Below, one piece after another: positions 50,446 to 63,125 of a stretch of 64,000 nucleotides of DNA. The notes under the pieces are model-generated. The model worked only from the letters and a program-made list of their open reading frames with translations, made no database searches and was not told where the DNA came from. A program made the position numbers and the translations under genes. Source of the stretch: Heptranchias perlo (taxonomy: Eukaryota); contig NC_090348.1 in NCBI RefSeq assembly GCF_035084215.1, forward strand, positions 34,162,001 through 34,226,000, read 5' to 3'. How positions within the stretch are numbered: position 1 is the stretch's first letter; each line of letters opens with the position of its first letter.

Positions 50446-52114
50446 CTGGCAAAAAGTAAGAAACAACTTTGAGAACAGGAGGGTACAACTTAACTGAAAG
50501 AATGTCAATGTATAAAATTACAAAATACTTCCACTCTTTTAAACATTGTTATTATATGCTTTCCAGTCACAACGTATAAGTACACTATTTACTAGACAGA
50601 GACAAATAATTTAGTTTATTGGATTTCAATCCACTGTCCCCGCCCTGTACATATGCCCTGATGGTTTATTGATCACACTTTTGGTTGCTGATGCTCTATA
50701 CATTGCTATACAGGGAATATGTTCTTATTTTTCATCACACCTGCTTTATGTTTAACAGGTATTTTATCATTACTTCCTATAATATTCTCTCTTCCCAGAG
50801 TATTTACATTATCCATATTATTTTTTGTACTCCAACCTTTGCTCTTGTCCCCTTTTTTTCCCCCTATCTTTAGATTACTATTTGCACCAGGACCATCTCG
50901 TCTTCACCCCTCCCCCACATTGGTTTAAAATCTTTTCTACGGTCCTATTTATACTTTCCACTAAGACCTTGGATCCAGACCAGTTCACGTGCCGCCCATC
51001 CCAGCGGTACAGCTCCTTCCTGTCTCCTCCTTCCCACACGACATTTTCAGCCACATATTGAATAGTGGAATGTATTACTTTGGTTTCATTTTATAGTTTG
51101 AAACTTTCGCAGTTAAGATGTGCCAGGAATCCTGCTCTTAATAACCATATAGGCCATTGGGTGAGGACAGGACTGGCATTGGCTGACCCATGGTCAAATA
51201 GCCTGCCAATACTCACCATCAAGGCTCACATGTGAACACTGACCACTTCACCAGAGGGTACGTGGCACCTATGAAACTGCAACCCAACAAGGAGTCAGTG
51301 CAGTTGGAAAATAAAATCAAGGAAGAAAATTATAGGGAAAATAAGTTTTTTTTTAAAAAAGGGTCTTTGTACAATTCACATTCCAGAGTGGACTGTTTTT
51401 GTGTTTCAGATATTTAAGAGGCAAGCAGCATATACATTGGGTGGATGAGCACATCTTAACTACAAAAGTTTCAAATTATAAATTAAAACTAAAGTAATAT
51501 ATTCCACCACTCAATTCATGTTATGGATTATATTGTTTCTGCTCTCAGAAACATATTGGATAATCATGCACAATAGAAATAACTGTCTCCTTAATCAACA
51601 AATCAAGAGAACAAAAGAGTCAATTTACTTATATTGGTCAATCGAGCTTCCTTTTATACACAAGTTACTTATCCTTACAAGCAATAAGAATAAAAATATG
51701 ATTTCATTTGGAATTCTCGCACAGGTTTGAGAATTTAGAAATACACTATGAATTCACCAATTAAGGAGCAAGTACATTCATTTTATTAACAAAATCCTTG
51801 ATATCTGCATGTGATGAATTGCATAATTGCATGCCAAAGCAAAAGGTTTTACAGACTATATTAATTTATAAAATGGCAATCAGTTATTAAAAATTATCTT
51901 CATATTCAGTGTAATGCAGCTTCATATTATAAAAAATTCACCTTGGACAAAACATGGTATACAATCCTTGCACTTCTCTATAAAGTGCATATAAAATGAT
52001 CAAATATTTCATATCTTCCCACAGTGCAACTTAGGCTACAAATATTTGCACTGCATTTGCTAACTAAGCAAACCAAGATATATTTACATAGGTACCAAAC
52101 ATTTAAACACTTAC

Positions 52115-52197
52115 CGTCTGCCAAGAATCTGTTTCACTTTCACAACAGTGTTTGAAGCATTTCGGATTCTACCTTGTTTTGCTGCCAAGCCAACAAT
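52115..52197 (-). CDS. HSPA14: HSPA14 coding exon 3
   Basis: 83 nt; IVGLAAKQGRIRNASNTVVKVKQILGR. Confidence 0.95.
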
Positions 52198-52276
52198 CTA
52201 ACAAATAAATAAACAATGAGACCCTCATAATTCAACAATGTGTACAATGTCAAAGAAATAAAACTGTTTCAATTAC

Positions 52277-52357
52277 CTTCTCGTTTTCTCTGTATGCAAC
52301 AACTGCTGGGGTAACACGGTCACCTGAATCATTTGCTACAACATCTGCTCGACCATC
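52277..52357 (-). CDS. HSPA14: HSPA14 coding exon 2
   Basis: 81 nt; [27 protein letters not shown]. Confidence 0.96.
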
Positions 52358-52749
52358 CTGGATGGAAATAAATTCAAGTTTTATATTACAGGTAAAATGT
52401 CATACTGTATATCAAGAATTACCATTTACTAAAAACCAACAAAACTGTATTCAAAGAATATGCAAGTAACTTGTTATCAAACCACCTTTTCACCTTTGGT
52501 GACACTGGCACAGGCACAATAGGCAGAATGTTCTCCTTCTGTGAAATTTCTATTATTCTACGACATATTTTGAATACTGCCTTGACTGATAGACATGGGA
52601 ATCTCCTGTCTGCTGACTGCAAAGGTTCCATGTAAAAGGAACCTAGTTCTTTGGAAAAGGCCACTGTTCAAAATAGCAGTTTCATTAAGTATGCCATAGG
52701 ATTGCCAGTGCAAGTGGAAAATTGTCACACTAGTGCAGTAGAGATGCTT

Positions 52750-52980
52750 TAATCACTCCTGCCCTCCACCCCATCAGAGGCCTTCCCTTTTGTTCTTTCC
52801 TCCCCTTCCCTTCCTTCTCCCCCCACCCCCACTTTGCCTGGCTCTGTACTTGCTTAAAAACTGTTAATTCTTCAACTTCTTCCAGGTCTGACGAAAGGAC
52901 ATCGACCTGAAACTAACTGTTTCTTTCTCCACAGATGTTGTTTGACTTGCTGAGTATTTCCAGCATTTTCTGTTTCTATT
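52750..52980 (+). mobile_element. Family-B Penelope-like repeat with a hammerhead-like core at 52888-52918
   Basis: CTGACGA-A-AGGAC(ATC)GACCT-GAAAC, followed by ...acagatg...gctgagtatttccagcattttctg. Confidence 0.7.
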
Positions 52981-53867
52981 AGAGAGGCTCTACTGCTGTG
53001 TGCTATCTTGACCTAACAATAAGCTGACTGGGAGACAAGATTTCAAAAAAGTATTCCATCACCCAGCAGACATTCTTCATATTGACAACCAAAAAGCATT
53101 TTAGATGGATTTTGTGAATGCAAAACAAAATAACTTGATATCATGTAGTCTCAAGAACCTATATTTCTGTGAAGCATACCCTCAAATATGTAAAATGCAC
53201 ATTTTAAAAAAGTGTCCCACTATGGATACAAAAAAGTCAACACTTTCTAATATCCTTTACCTAGGAGATATTTTCTCACAATAGATAATAGAACTATTGA
53301 ACCATACAATAGATATATTAACATAAGCTGTCATCATAATTAGTGCTAGGATCAGTTCAATATTTGATCCAAATAAGAATCACATTTTACAAGTGTGGAT
53401 TTTTAAAAATAAAATTGCAATTGAGAAATCCCTTATGATTGCCAAATACATTAAAAATGTGTTAGTTTGGCTCGTGTTAACACTGTCGCCTCTAGGCAGA
53501 AGGTCTAAGCCCCATTCCCGGATTTGAGCAGGCAACCATGACAGAGACTTCAGTGCAATACTCATGGGCTACTTTGTTACTAAGATTGAGACCATCCATT
53601 CAGCTGCCTCTGGTGCTTCCTCCCTTTCCCACCAAGCCAAACTTCTGCAGCTCCCCAGGACTGCCCTAGCCATGAACGCATTTCCCTCTAGTTTCTCTCC
53701 CATCACCACTTATGTTCTCTCTGAACTCATCTTGTCCTGATCCCTTGACCCCACAGCCTCCAAACTATTGACCACCCAACTTCCCTTCCTGGCCTCCATG
53801 CTAGCTGACAATGCAAATGGTTTCCTTTCCTCATGTACTGTTCCCTTCCAAAACTGGCGGCATCATC

Positions 53868-53935
53868 CTCATCCTCCTCCTCCTCAACCCTCCCCATCCT
53901 CCTCCTCAACCCTCCCCATCCTCCTCCTCAACCAC
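53868..53935 (+). repeat. Pyrimidine-rich minisatellite (tcctcctcctcaaccctccccat)x2-3, next to an L2 remnant
   Basis: Direct observation. Confidence 0.75.
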
Positions 53936-54313
53936 CCCTTCCTTCTGTCCTTGCAAACTAGCCCCATCACCAAATTCCATTTCTCCTCCAAAAGGAACGT
54001 GCAGTCTCCTCCCAAATCTGTGACTTTAGAGCTAACAAACGAAAACACAAGCGCACAAGACAGAACCTCCCAGCTCTCAAAAGTTCATTTAAAAACAAAC
54101 GCAGCAAACCAGACTCCAATGCAGCAGGTTAGTAGGAACAGCCAACGATGAGAAATCAATGAAACTGCACCAGCTACAATGGGTGGACTCTAAACTAAGT
54201 CGATGATTCCACACCAGGCAACGATATTGCCCTCGGGGAAACACCCTGGCCTTCACTTTATTCTTAAATCAACATATCAAGACAGCTCGCGTTCACTCTT
54301 ATCCCCGCGGTAC

Positions 54314-54370
54314 CTTGTAAACCGCCACACAGCTGCACGTGCCCCCTAAGTGAACCCCGATTGCCGCCAT
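54314..54370 (-). CDS. HSPA14: HSPA14 (Hsp70L1, ribosome-associated complex subunit) coding exon 1
   Basis: 57 nt; MAAIGVHLGGTCSCVAVYK, the HSPA14-type N-terminus (GVHLG in place of canonical GIDLG); the 14 exons sum to 1533 nt = 510 aa + stop. Confidence 0.96.
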
Positions 54371-54626
54371 GTCGGTAACTAGGAGAGGCCGCGATGCACA
54401 CCGGGAAGGCTCTCAGATGACTCAGGCGCTGACCAATGAGCGGGAGGACGAGAGGAAAACAAAATGGAGTATGCTCATTGGATCACTGAACCACCAATGG
54501 GGGAGGAGAGTATACTGTCCTGACGTCACTTCCCCTGGTTACAAGCGGCAGATTGTGTTTATGTTTGGTTTTTAACGCATTTTGGGTTTGGTCCGTTAGC
54601 GGCTCGTGCGGGGCTGGGGAGCGGCC
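54371..54626. promoter_or_regulatory. Bidirectional HSPA14/CDNF promoter and 5' UTRs
   Basis: 256 bp between divergent ATGs; CpG-rich; CCAAT boxes at 54433, 54477 (ATTGG) and 54494; TGACTCA at 54418; perfect CRE TGACGTCA at 54521. Confidence 0.85.
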
Positions 54627-54711
54627 ATGAGGGCCGTGTTGCTCTGGTCTCTGCTGCCCTTTCTACTGCCCGCCGCGGGGATTAACGCGTTACAACGGGG
54701 GGAATGTGAAG
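54627..54711 (+). CDS. CDNF: CDNF coding exon 1 (signal peptide)
   Basis: gccATGA start; MRAVLLWSLLPFLLPAAGINALQRGECE, hydrophobic signal peptide followed by CE; GTGAG donor, phase 1. Confidence 0.9.
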
Positions 54712-56869
54712 GTGAGCTGAGGACCTTCCACCCCCTGGTTATTAATAGTAAAGAGGAGCAATGGATCACTCACCAACAGTCTCATTTGATATATTTTTTA
54801 TTGTTATTGCTCCCAGTGTTGAATGTTTATTTGTAGCCAGTGTCATTAGCTGAGTGGTTCCTGAGGTGCTGTAAAACTAACCCAGCTGTTGCTCTGTTTG
54901 GTTGTGTTTCTTACCCTTATATGGACCTACTTTTTTTTTGCTGCCATTTTATCCACAGGATAAACAGATCAACTTGGTTAACAGATCAACTTGGTTCGGT
55001 TTACAAAGTTGCTGATTTATGCACAGCAATGAATTTCTTCCCATTGCTCCCAAACCCTGACTGTTTTCCATTTCTTTTACCAAAACCAGGGTGGAGGTGG
55101 AATTGTACCTCGAGTCCTTGTTTTCTTTGCTGATGAGAAAAAAATGCCAAGATCTGTTGTCCCCCCCCCCCCCCCCCGAAGGCTGCGTTCTGTAAGCTGA
55201 TCATTCAGCAACATTGATATTGATCATGGACTTTTGCAGCCATCCTGATATCTGAAATATGGTAATCGTAGTCTGAGGGTATCCAGTAAATAAACTATTG
55301 GTTGAGTTAATGATTTCGAGTGCATGTTTTCAGTAATTATAAAATGTAGCATTGTCATTGTGCCTTTTGGTAAGGCTTAATAGTGCAGATGTAAAATTCG
55401 TGTACTGTATATCCTTGAGCTGAAAACATCTAGCAGTACAATTAAAGATTTTTGCCCTTCCAAAGTTGGGTTGTGTCTTTATAGGTCTCGCTAGTGGTGG
55501 GAGTAATGTGAAGTGACAAATCAAATGTACTGCACAACAGTAAAGTGTATCAATCAAATAAACCTAGTGCTAACACTGAGTTGTGTGAGCTAGCTTGTTG
55601 CTGAACTTTGCAAATAACTGTTCTAAACTTGTTTGACTTTATGTAAGCATGTTTAGCACACAGGCAGCGAAATTCATGAAGAAAGACTGGCATGCAGCAA
55701 GTGATGCATTATAACATTTTTTGCACATGGTGAGTGTGTGTGTCTGAAGTTTTGACATTTTTAAAACCAAAAAGTAGATCCTTGCTCTAAAGTCTGTGGC
55801 TCCATATTCTGTTTGGAACTGTTTGAGTCGTAATTATTTTGCATTGGATTTAGTTGTCTCTTAGTACAGCAGCTTTCCTCTGAACCAAAGCTTGTTCTTT
55901 CGTGACATCATTCTATAGTCCCTGCATCATTATCCTCTCTTGATTTTTCAGTTTCGTATTTTGTCTTTCACTGGTCATATTGTGTATATTCAACTATCGA
56001 GTGTTCTTGGTAGTTTACTTTTTGCCATATGGATTGCCAATACCACCAACTTTTGCACAAAATATTTTTGGTTCATTGCTTAATATTGAAAGATAAATTT
56101 GTGAGATCAAATATCAAATGCCTACATTTGGAAAATATGGTATAATTTGACCTTTAAATTCCATCTTAATAACTTTGCATTAAAGTTTACAGACTTGTTT
56201 AAAATCTGTACTTTTAAGTTTGTGTTATAACAGTTTATGTAAACTAGTTTTGTTGGTAATTTTTGAGTTTATCAACATAAGGCACGTGCATGCTGGCGAT
56301 TGGAAATGCTTCCATTTTTGCCCCCTTTTCTGCATGGAGCACCACCAGGTTGGGTATAGCATGGGATAGATGTATAGTAAAGCTCCCATTACTCTACTTC
56401 CAAAATGTATTTATGACAACAAACTCAGAAAATTGCCCCTTGCTGCAAGAGTGTGATTTTTTTTTTTCATTTCCTATACAAGCTATCCTTTAGTGATGTT
56501 GCCTGGTTTAGTGTCCGTCTATGCTAAATAATGGCCAGTTTTGTTCTGGCACCATTCCCATTAGAAATCAAGCTGAAACTGCCATTTGTCACATTACCTT
56601 TTATAGTCGGAGAGCAGAGTCTTTCAGTCTATAAGGATTCAAATCCAGGTTGTGAGGTAAAATGACAGTGTTCCAATTTAGTCTTCAAAATGTTATTAAT
56701 TTACTTATCCCTGAAATGTCATCTTTTTATAGCTTTCCGTACATGTTTGGAAGGCAGAATATAATGTGTCTGGGATGACCATAACTGTTTTCATATTAGC
56801 TGAGACATTACAGTGAAGAAAAAAATAATTTTACGTAGCCAGTATCTCTGTTAATAAATTATTTTTAGA

Positions 56870-58105
56870 AATAGAAATACATAGAAGTTACAACACAGTA
56901 ACAGGTCATTTGGCCCAACCAGCCCGTGTCACCGTTTAGCCTCCAAGCAAACAAATCGTTTTATCACATTTATCCTCCCTGTTCCCATATCCCTTTGTTC
57001 CCATTTTCTTCACCTATCCAATCTAATCTTAAATGTTGACATAGTTTCTGCCTGAACCATTAACCCTGGAAGTAAATTCCACAGCCTCGTATCTCTCTGT
57101 AAAGAAGTTTCACTTGTTCTTTGTTCTAAATCTCTTACATTTAATCTTGTATCTGTGGCTCCTCGTTCTAGACCCTCGACTACTGGAAATAGTCTGCTTC
57201 TATCTACCCTGTCCCATCTTTTCATATGTTTAAACACTTCTAGCATGTTGCTCTGTAATCTAACAAAAAGGCCCCAATTTAATGTCCTGTGAACCCATAC
57301 TCCCAAATCCTTCTGCTCTTCCACAGCACTGAGCCTACTTCCATTCAGAGTATATTTACTGCTGTTTGTGTACCAGAATGTTTCACCTTACTTACTGACA
57401 TTGAATTTTATCTGCCGCTTTTTAGCCCATTCCCCCATCTTATCAATATCCCTTTTAACTTTCTTTGGTCGTCTAAATGATAATTTTGATATAAATGTGA
57501 CTAAAGTTCTAGACAGGTTTAAAGGGCTCAAAACAAATAAATTCCCTGGGATAGATGGTACTCCCACAGTACTAAGAGAGACAAGGGAGAAGATTTTTGA
57601 AGCAATGACTGTCATTTATAAGCAAGTTAATGAACATTGGGGAGGTCCAGGTGGATTGGGAACAGACTAACGCAGACCCATTTTCAAAAGCTACAATAAA
57701 AGAGACATCAGCAACTGCAGACGCATAATAATGCAGTGTTATTTTCAATACTGGGTAAAATAATGGAATCATCAGGAGTAAGCTTGAGGATTACCTGTAT
57801 GATAATAGTAAAGATGAAATGGCATAGATTCAAAAGGCGAAGATCCTACCTGACCAAACACCTTAACTTTTCTGGGGAAATGACATCTCAAGAGGTTTGG
57901 TGTACCATGACTGCACAAAACATTTGACAAAGTTCCACGTGAAACTCAAAACAGTTGGGTAAAACTTAGATATGGGTAAGGAATTGGCTGAACAGTAGAA
58001 GTCAGCAGCACCCATAAGAGGAGTTATGTCAGGGTGAAAAGAACTGGTGGATGGAGTGCCCCAGGGATCAGTATTGGGTCTTCTAATGTTTTATAATTTA
58101 TATTT
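56870..58105. mobile_element. CR1 fragments in opposite orientation (minus 56870-57460; plus 57480-58105)
   Basis: Minus part has post-RT/3' motifs (KRDIDKMGEWAKKRQIKFN, LWNLLP); plus part has GLKTNKFPGIDG through ggagtgccccagggatcagtattggg (GVPQGSVLG). Confidence 0.7.
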
Positions 58106-58777
58106 TTTTAAAAAGTCTAAAGCAAAGAAACTACTTAGCAATTCTAAAGCTTTTGAACAAAACCAGATTTGTCTTTCTCAAAGCCACATAATAAAGATAT
58201 AGTCGTGGAATTTTGAAACCTCCAAGTCTTCATGAAAAAATTGCAGTTGAACCTTGCAATCCATTATTTTTCATGAACAAAAAGTACATTAGAATGGATT
58301 ACTGATGTCTCCACAAATGTTGATACCAACATAAGAGTTACAAATTTTATAGAATGAAACTTGAGCTTCAAAAATTAAGTGGTTCGAATGTCAACCTCCA
58401 CCCACCGCCACAAACTCTTGACTTTTATTATGTAAAATTCTGAAGGGTTCAGTTTTGTACCTAGACAAAAAACATATTTGAGAAATGCTACTTAAGAGAC
58501 CAATTGTAGTCCATAATATATAATGCTGCCCATGAAGCAGGTTTGTTTTTCTGTAGCCTATCCAAGTTGTGTCGAATACAATGCAGCAGCCTCACATCTC
58601 TTATCTTTCCGTAGTAAAGTGTAAAAAGGATGATGACTTTAAAGGTCAAAAATATATATATTTTATAGTTATTTATATGCCTAAAGGTTAACTTTTTAAG
58701 AGTTCCATTCATTATAAACTATGTTTTTGAATTTGGTATTTCTTTGAGATTTTTGTTTCACATTTTAAAATTCTCAG

Positions 58778-58905
58778 TATGCATTGGATTTCTGGAGAGA
58801 TTTTATCAGTATTTGAAAGCACAGGATGTGGAATTGACCCCTGCAGTCGTAGTAAATGAACTGATGCTAATATGTGAACATACCAAAGGAAAGGAAAACC
58901 GATTG
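58778..58905 (+). CDS. CDNF: CDNF coding exon 2 (saposin-like domain)
   Basis: 128 nt; VCIGFLERFYQYLKAQDVELTPAVVVNELMLICEHTKGKENRL; ARMET/MANF/CDNF family; head-to-head synteny with HSPA14 favours CDNF. Confidence 0.92.
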
Positions 58906-58929
58906 GTAAGTATGTGATATTTGGTACAC

Positions 58930-59412
58930 ATTTATTGTGGTTGTTAATTGGACTGCAGTGAAAAGGAAAAGGTGCAAAGTAGATTTACTAGGATGATACC
59001 AGGAAATAGCCATGGTGAGAAACTTTTTAAAAACTAAGGTGGTATTCAGTAGAGCAGAGAAGGTTCAAGGGAAACCTATTATTGGCCTCCACAGTTTCAA
59101 AGAGGGTAAACATTGAAAGACTGTTCCTACTGGTTGCTGAATTGGTGACAAAGGCCCGCAAGCATAGGATTTTTTAAAAATTAAAAACATAAAGGGGGAG
59201 GTTAGAAGTTTTTTTAAAATTAGAATATGGAATACATTACCACAATTGAAAGTCAGTCATAGCATTTAAGAGGGAATTAAACACGGGTCAAGAAAGATAT
59301 TGGAATAGAGGGACACAGCAGGAAAATTGAATTAGAGGGGATAGTTCTGATGTGTACCTGGCACAGGCACGATGGCTGAATGGCCTCCTCCTGTAGTGAA
59401 ATTTGTATGATT
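58930..59412 (+). mobile_element. Decayed CR1 3' fragment
   Basis: agatttactaggatgataccagg, agagcagagaagg, ggctgaatggcctcctcctg tail. Confidence 0.7.
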
Positions 59413-60680
59413 ATTTAATTACAAAGACATTATTCAGTGTGGCTGTATATTGTACCATCATTGGACAAGGCCATGGAGTGGGAATGCTGCTTTATTGTCT
59501 CACTCATTTACCAATACTGCACAGGATTTGGCACTAGGAGGTGAAGTATCTCTCTGCATGGAGATGGGCAATTGCTGGGCAATCCTATCTGAGCTACTGT
59601 CATGCAAAGGGGAGCTAAGAAGGTGGGCTGGAGCAGGCCATTCATCATCCACACGCTGACATTATTAGCATTTTTTTTTGGTGGTTTATATTGTATTGAA
59701 ACAAAGGAATATTATGCTACATTGTACTTGTCTTTTTTAAAGGATATTAATGGTAATATATTCTTGCATCTTATTAGTTCCACTGCACACAGCTTGTGCT
59801 TAAATTTGTATTTAGTTTTCTTTCTGCTCTGCTGCTTCTCTTTTCTAGAAATTTGATTTATGAAATGCCCATATGTTCTGACAAGCTCCACGCCCCCACA
59901 TAAACCAGTGGCTGGTTTCAACAGCAGTTAGAATTAGATTAAATATTCAGCTAAGTAAAAATGGAAAAAAAAACTACTTATCCATTAGTGGTATTGGGAA
60001 TGTATAAATGAACACTGGATGTCCTGGTGTTGATGTTTATACAGTGAGCAAAAGTGACTACATGATGCAAATAATTAAGTCATGAGTATGTTTTGACCTG
60101 TCAGTTCAGCAAGTTGTATAACTATCTCACAAGAACTTAAATAGTAGTCTGTGTAAATGGCAGCTAACTTGAGCTGTTGCAAGCTAAAACATTGTTATAA
60201 CTGAAGGAAAAAATAAGCAAATTGTGACCCTATTTTCATGCACAGAGCTGCAGAGCAGCATCCTTATGCGTGGATGTGGCAGAGACTATGCTTGGGATTT
60301 AGTCTGCAGCCCGCTTTAAGGTATAAAATGAGTTACTACTACATGACAAATTACCCAAATTTTAGCTTCAGCTCAGAAAATACATCAGAATTTAATAATT
60401 ATATATCGGCAATCATGATAGAAGAATTGCAGACATTGATTTGATATGGATGGTCTCCACTACATTGGGCTTGGATAACATTAATCCACTGGCTTCTTAC
60501 TTCTTTTCTTCTAAATACATTTAGACCTCTGTGAATCAGTCCCACCACTACTTTATAAGCAGAAGTCATAATTGTTTGCCAAAAGTTTTTTTTGAGTGCT
60601 GCATTTATAAAATATGATTGTGATGGTATGCTGTGAGTGTCTGTATTACATAAGTATGTAATTTAACTTTTTTATAATAG

Positions 60681-60822
60681 TGCTACTATATTGGAGCAAC
60701 AAATGATGCTGCAACTAAAATTGTCAATGAAATAGCCCGTCCTATGAGTGCACATGTACCTGTACTGAAGATTTGTGAAAAGCTGAAAAGGAAAGACACT
60801 CAGATATGCGAACTGAAATATG
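60681..60822 (+). CDS. CDNF: CDNF coding exon 3 (final exon not seen in the window)
   Basis: 142 nt; [47 protein letters not shown]. Confidence 0.93.
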
Positions 60823-61194
60823 GTATGAGTAACCTCATTTTCTCTACTGTGTGCATTGTTTTGAATGTATTATTTTTTGAGAGCTGTTTGAGGTGTACTC
60901 TTTTACAAATGTATATCTTGTGTCTACCGTGTGCTTGTATCCGTCACACTTCAGGAATCCCACTTGATATGCAAAATATGTGTCACTTGCACGTGATTGG
61001 CTCATAGTTCATATTTATAAAACCAACAAATCGCAACTGAACAGTTGAGGAACGTACCAATCAAAAGTAGGCAAAGTTGGTATATTTCAAATTTTAGAAG
61101 TATGAAATCAGCAAAAGCTTATCATTTTTTAAAAAAAGAGAATCAACTTAGAACTACAGTGAAATTTGGTCCGACGGACAACCATAAAATAAAA

Positions 61195-62225
61195 TCATTA
61201 AGGTTACAGCACGGAAGGAGGCCATTCGGCCCATCGAGTACACGCCAGCACTATGCAAGAGCAATACAGCTAGTCCCACTGCCCCGCCCTATTCCCGTAG
61301 CCCTGCAAACATTTTACTTTCAAGTACTTATCCAGTTCCCTTTTGAAGGGCATGATTGAATCGGCCTCCACCACCCCCTCGGGCAGTGCATTCCAGATTC
61401 TAACCACTTGCTGTGTAAAAAAGTTTTTCCTCATGTCTGCTTTGGTTCTTTTGCCAATCACCTTAAATCTATGCCCTCTGGTTCTTGACCCTCCCGCCAA
61501 TGGGAACAGTTTCTCTCTATCTACTCTGTTTAGGCCCTCCATGATTTTGAATGCCTCTATCAAATCTCCTCGCAACCTTCTCTGTTCCAAGGAGAACAAC
61601 CCCAGCTTCTCCAGTCTATCTATCCACGTAACGAAAGTCCCTCATCCCTGGAATCATTCTAGTAAATCTCTTCTGCACCTTAAGGCCCTCACACCTTTCC
61701 AAATGTGCAGTGTCCAGAACTGGACACAATACTCCAGTTGTGGCCGAACCATTGTTTTATAAAGGTTCATCATGACTTCCTTACTTTTGTACTCTATGCC
61801 TCTATTTATAAAGCCCAGGATCCCGTATGCTTTTTTAAGCGCTTTCTCAACCTGCCCTGCCACCTTCAACAATTTGTGCACATATACCCCCAGATCTCTC
61901 TGTTCCTGTACCCTTTTTAGAATTGTGCCCTCTAGTTTATATTGCCTCTCCTCATTCTTCCTACCGAAATGTATCACTTCGTATTTTTCTGTGTTAAATT
62001 TCATCTGCAACGTGTCCGCCCATTTCACCAGCCTGTCTTTATCCTCTTGAAGTCTATCACTATCCTCCTCACTTTCATGACCCTTCCAAGTTTCGTGTCA
62101 TCAGCAAATTTGGAAATTGTGTCCTGTACACTCAAGTCCAAGTCATCAATACATATCAAGAAAAGCAGTGGTTCCAGCACCGACCCCTGGGCACACCACT
62201 GTATACCTCCCTCCAGTCCAACACC
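61195..62225 (-). mobile_element. CR1 LINE RT/3' fragment
   Basis: QGSVLEPLLF, KFADDTKLG, MKFNTEKYEVIHFG, FSLEQRRLRGDL. Confidence 0.92.
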
Positions 62226-62694
62226 AATTCGACACTTCACGACAGTCCCAAATATTTTATGTCATAAGAGATACAAGAGGCACTCTGAAACGACAGACAC
62301 TCACAAATTACAGACTGCTGACAGCCTTCAATGTAACCAGCCCTACTTAGTGTATTTTACCCTTAAAACATGGTACATGGACCCCTGTAAAGTTTTTCAC
62401 AAGCGATGTCACCAGTGCCTAATTGCAAGGGGCTAATTACAATTAAGTTTCCCTCTGTCTAATGACCATGAAATGCAAGGCATATCTTTTAAGTCAATTT
62501 CAGGAAAAATTTGAGAAAACGGCAGCTAAACCCAAGCATAATGAGTTATCACTGGACCAATTATACAAAAAATGGACAGCTGATGCTAGTCCCCTAGGTG
62601 TCTGTAATTCACAGATTTCACTGTACATACTTAAGTTTTGTAACATATAATACACGTAAATCTCAAAATTTACAAGAAAAGGATTAACCTATAG

Positions 62695-63125
62695 ACTGGG
62701 TGGTAGATACTTGGTTTAGAGGCAGCACGTTTGCCTCTCAGCCACAAGGTAATAGAATTAAGCTGCACTTCAGGACTTCAGCACATAATCTATTAGACAT
62801 TTCAGTGCATTAATGAAATATTCTCGGGAGCTACCGACTTTCAGATGAGACGTTAAACTGAGACTCCCATCTCCTTGTTCAGGGTGTAAAAGATCTCGGC
62901 ACTTTTTCCAAAGAAGATAAGAGATTGTTGGCCAGAACACAAAGCATTCAACCCTCCACCAACCCCACCAAAAACAGACCCAACTGCTTTTCATGCGATT
63001 TTACTGGCTGCTGTGTTTGCATACAAAATGGTGACTACACTTCAAAAGTAATTCGTTGGCTGTTAAGCACTTTGAGACTTACTGAAGGCATGAAAGATGC
63101 AATATAATTGAAATGTCTGTCTGTC
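62695..63125 (+). mobile_element. Diverged SacSINE1-like SINE
   Basis: ttcagatgagacgttaaac, gactacacttcaaaagtaattc.ttggctgt, shared with 1461-1893. Confidence 0.65.

Noticed and set aside
54963-54996. 17-bp tandem duplication aacagatcaacttggtt x2
   Set aside because: Ordinary slippage duplication; no spacers, not CRISPR-like
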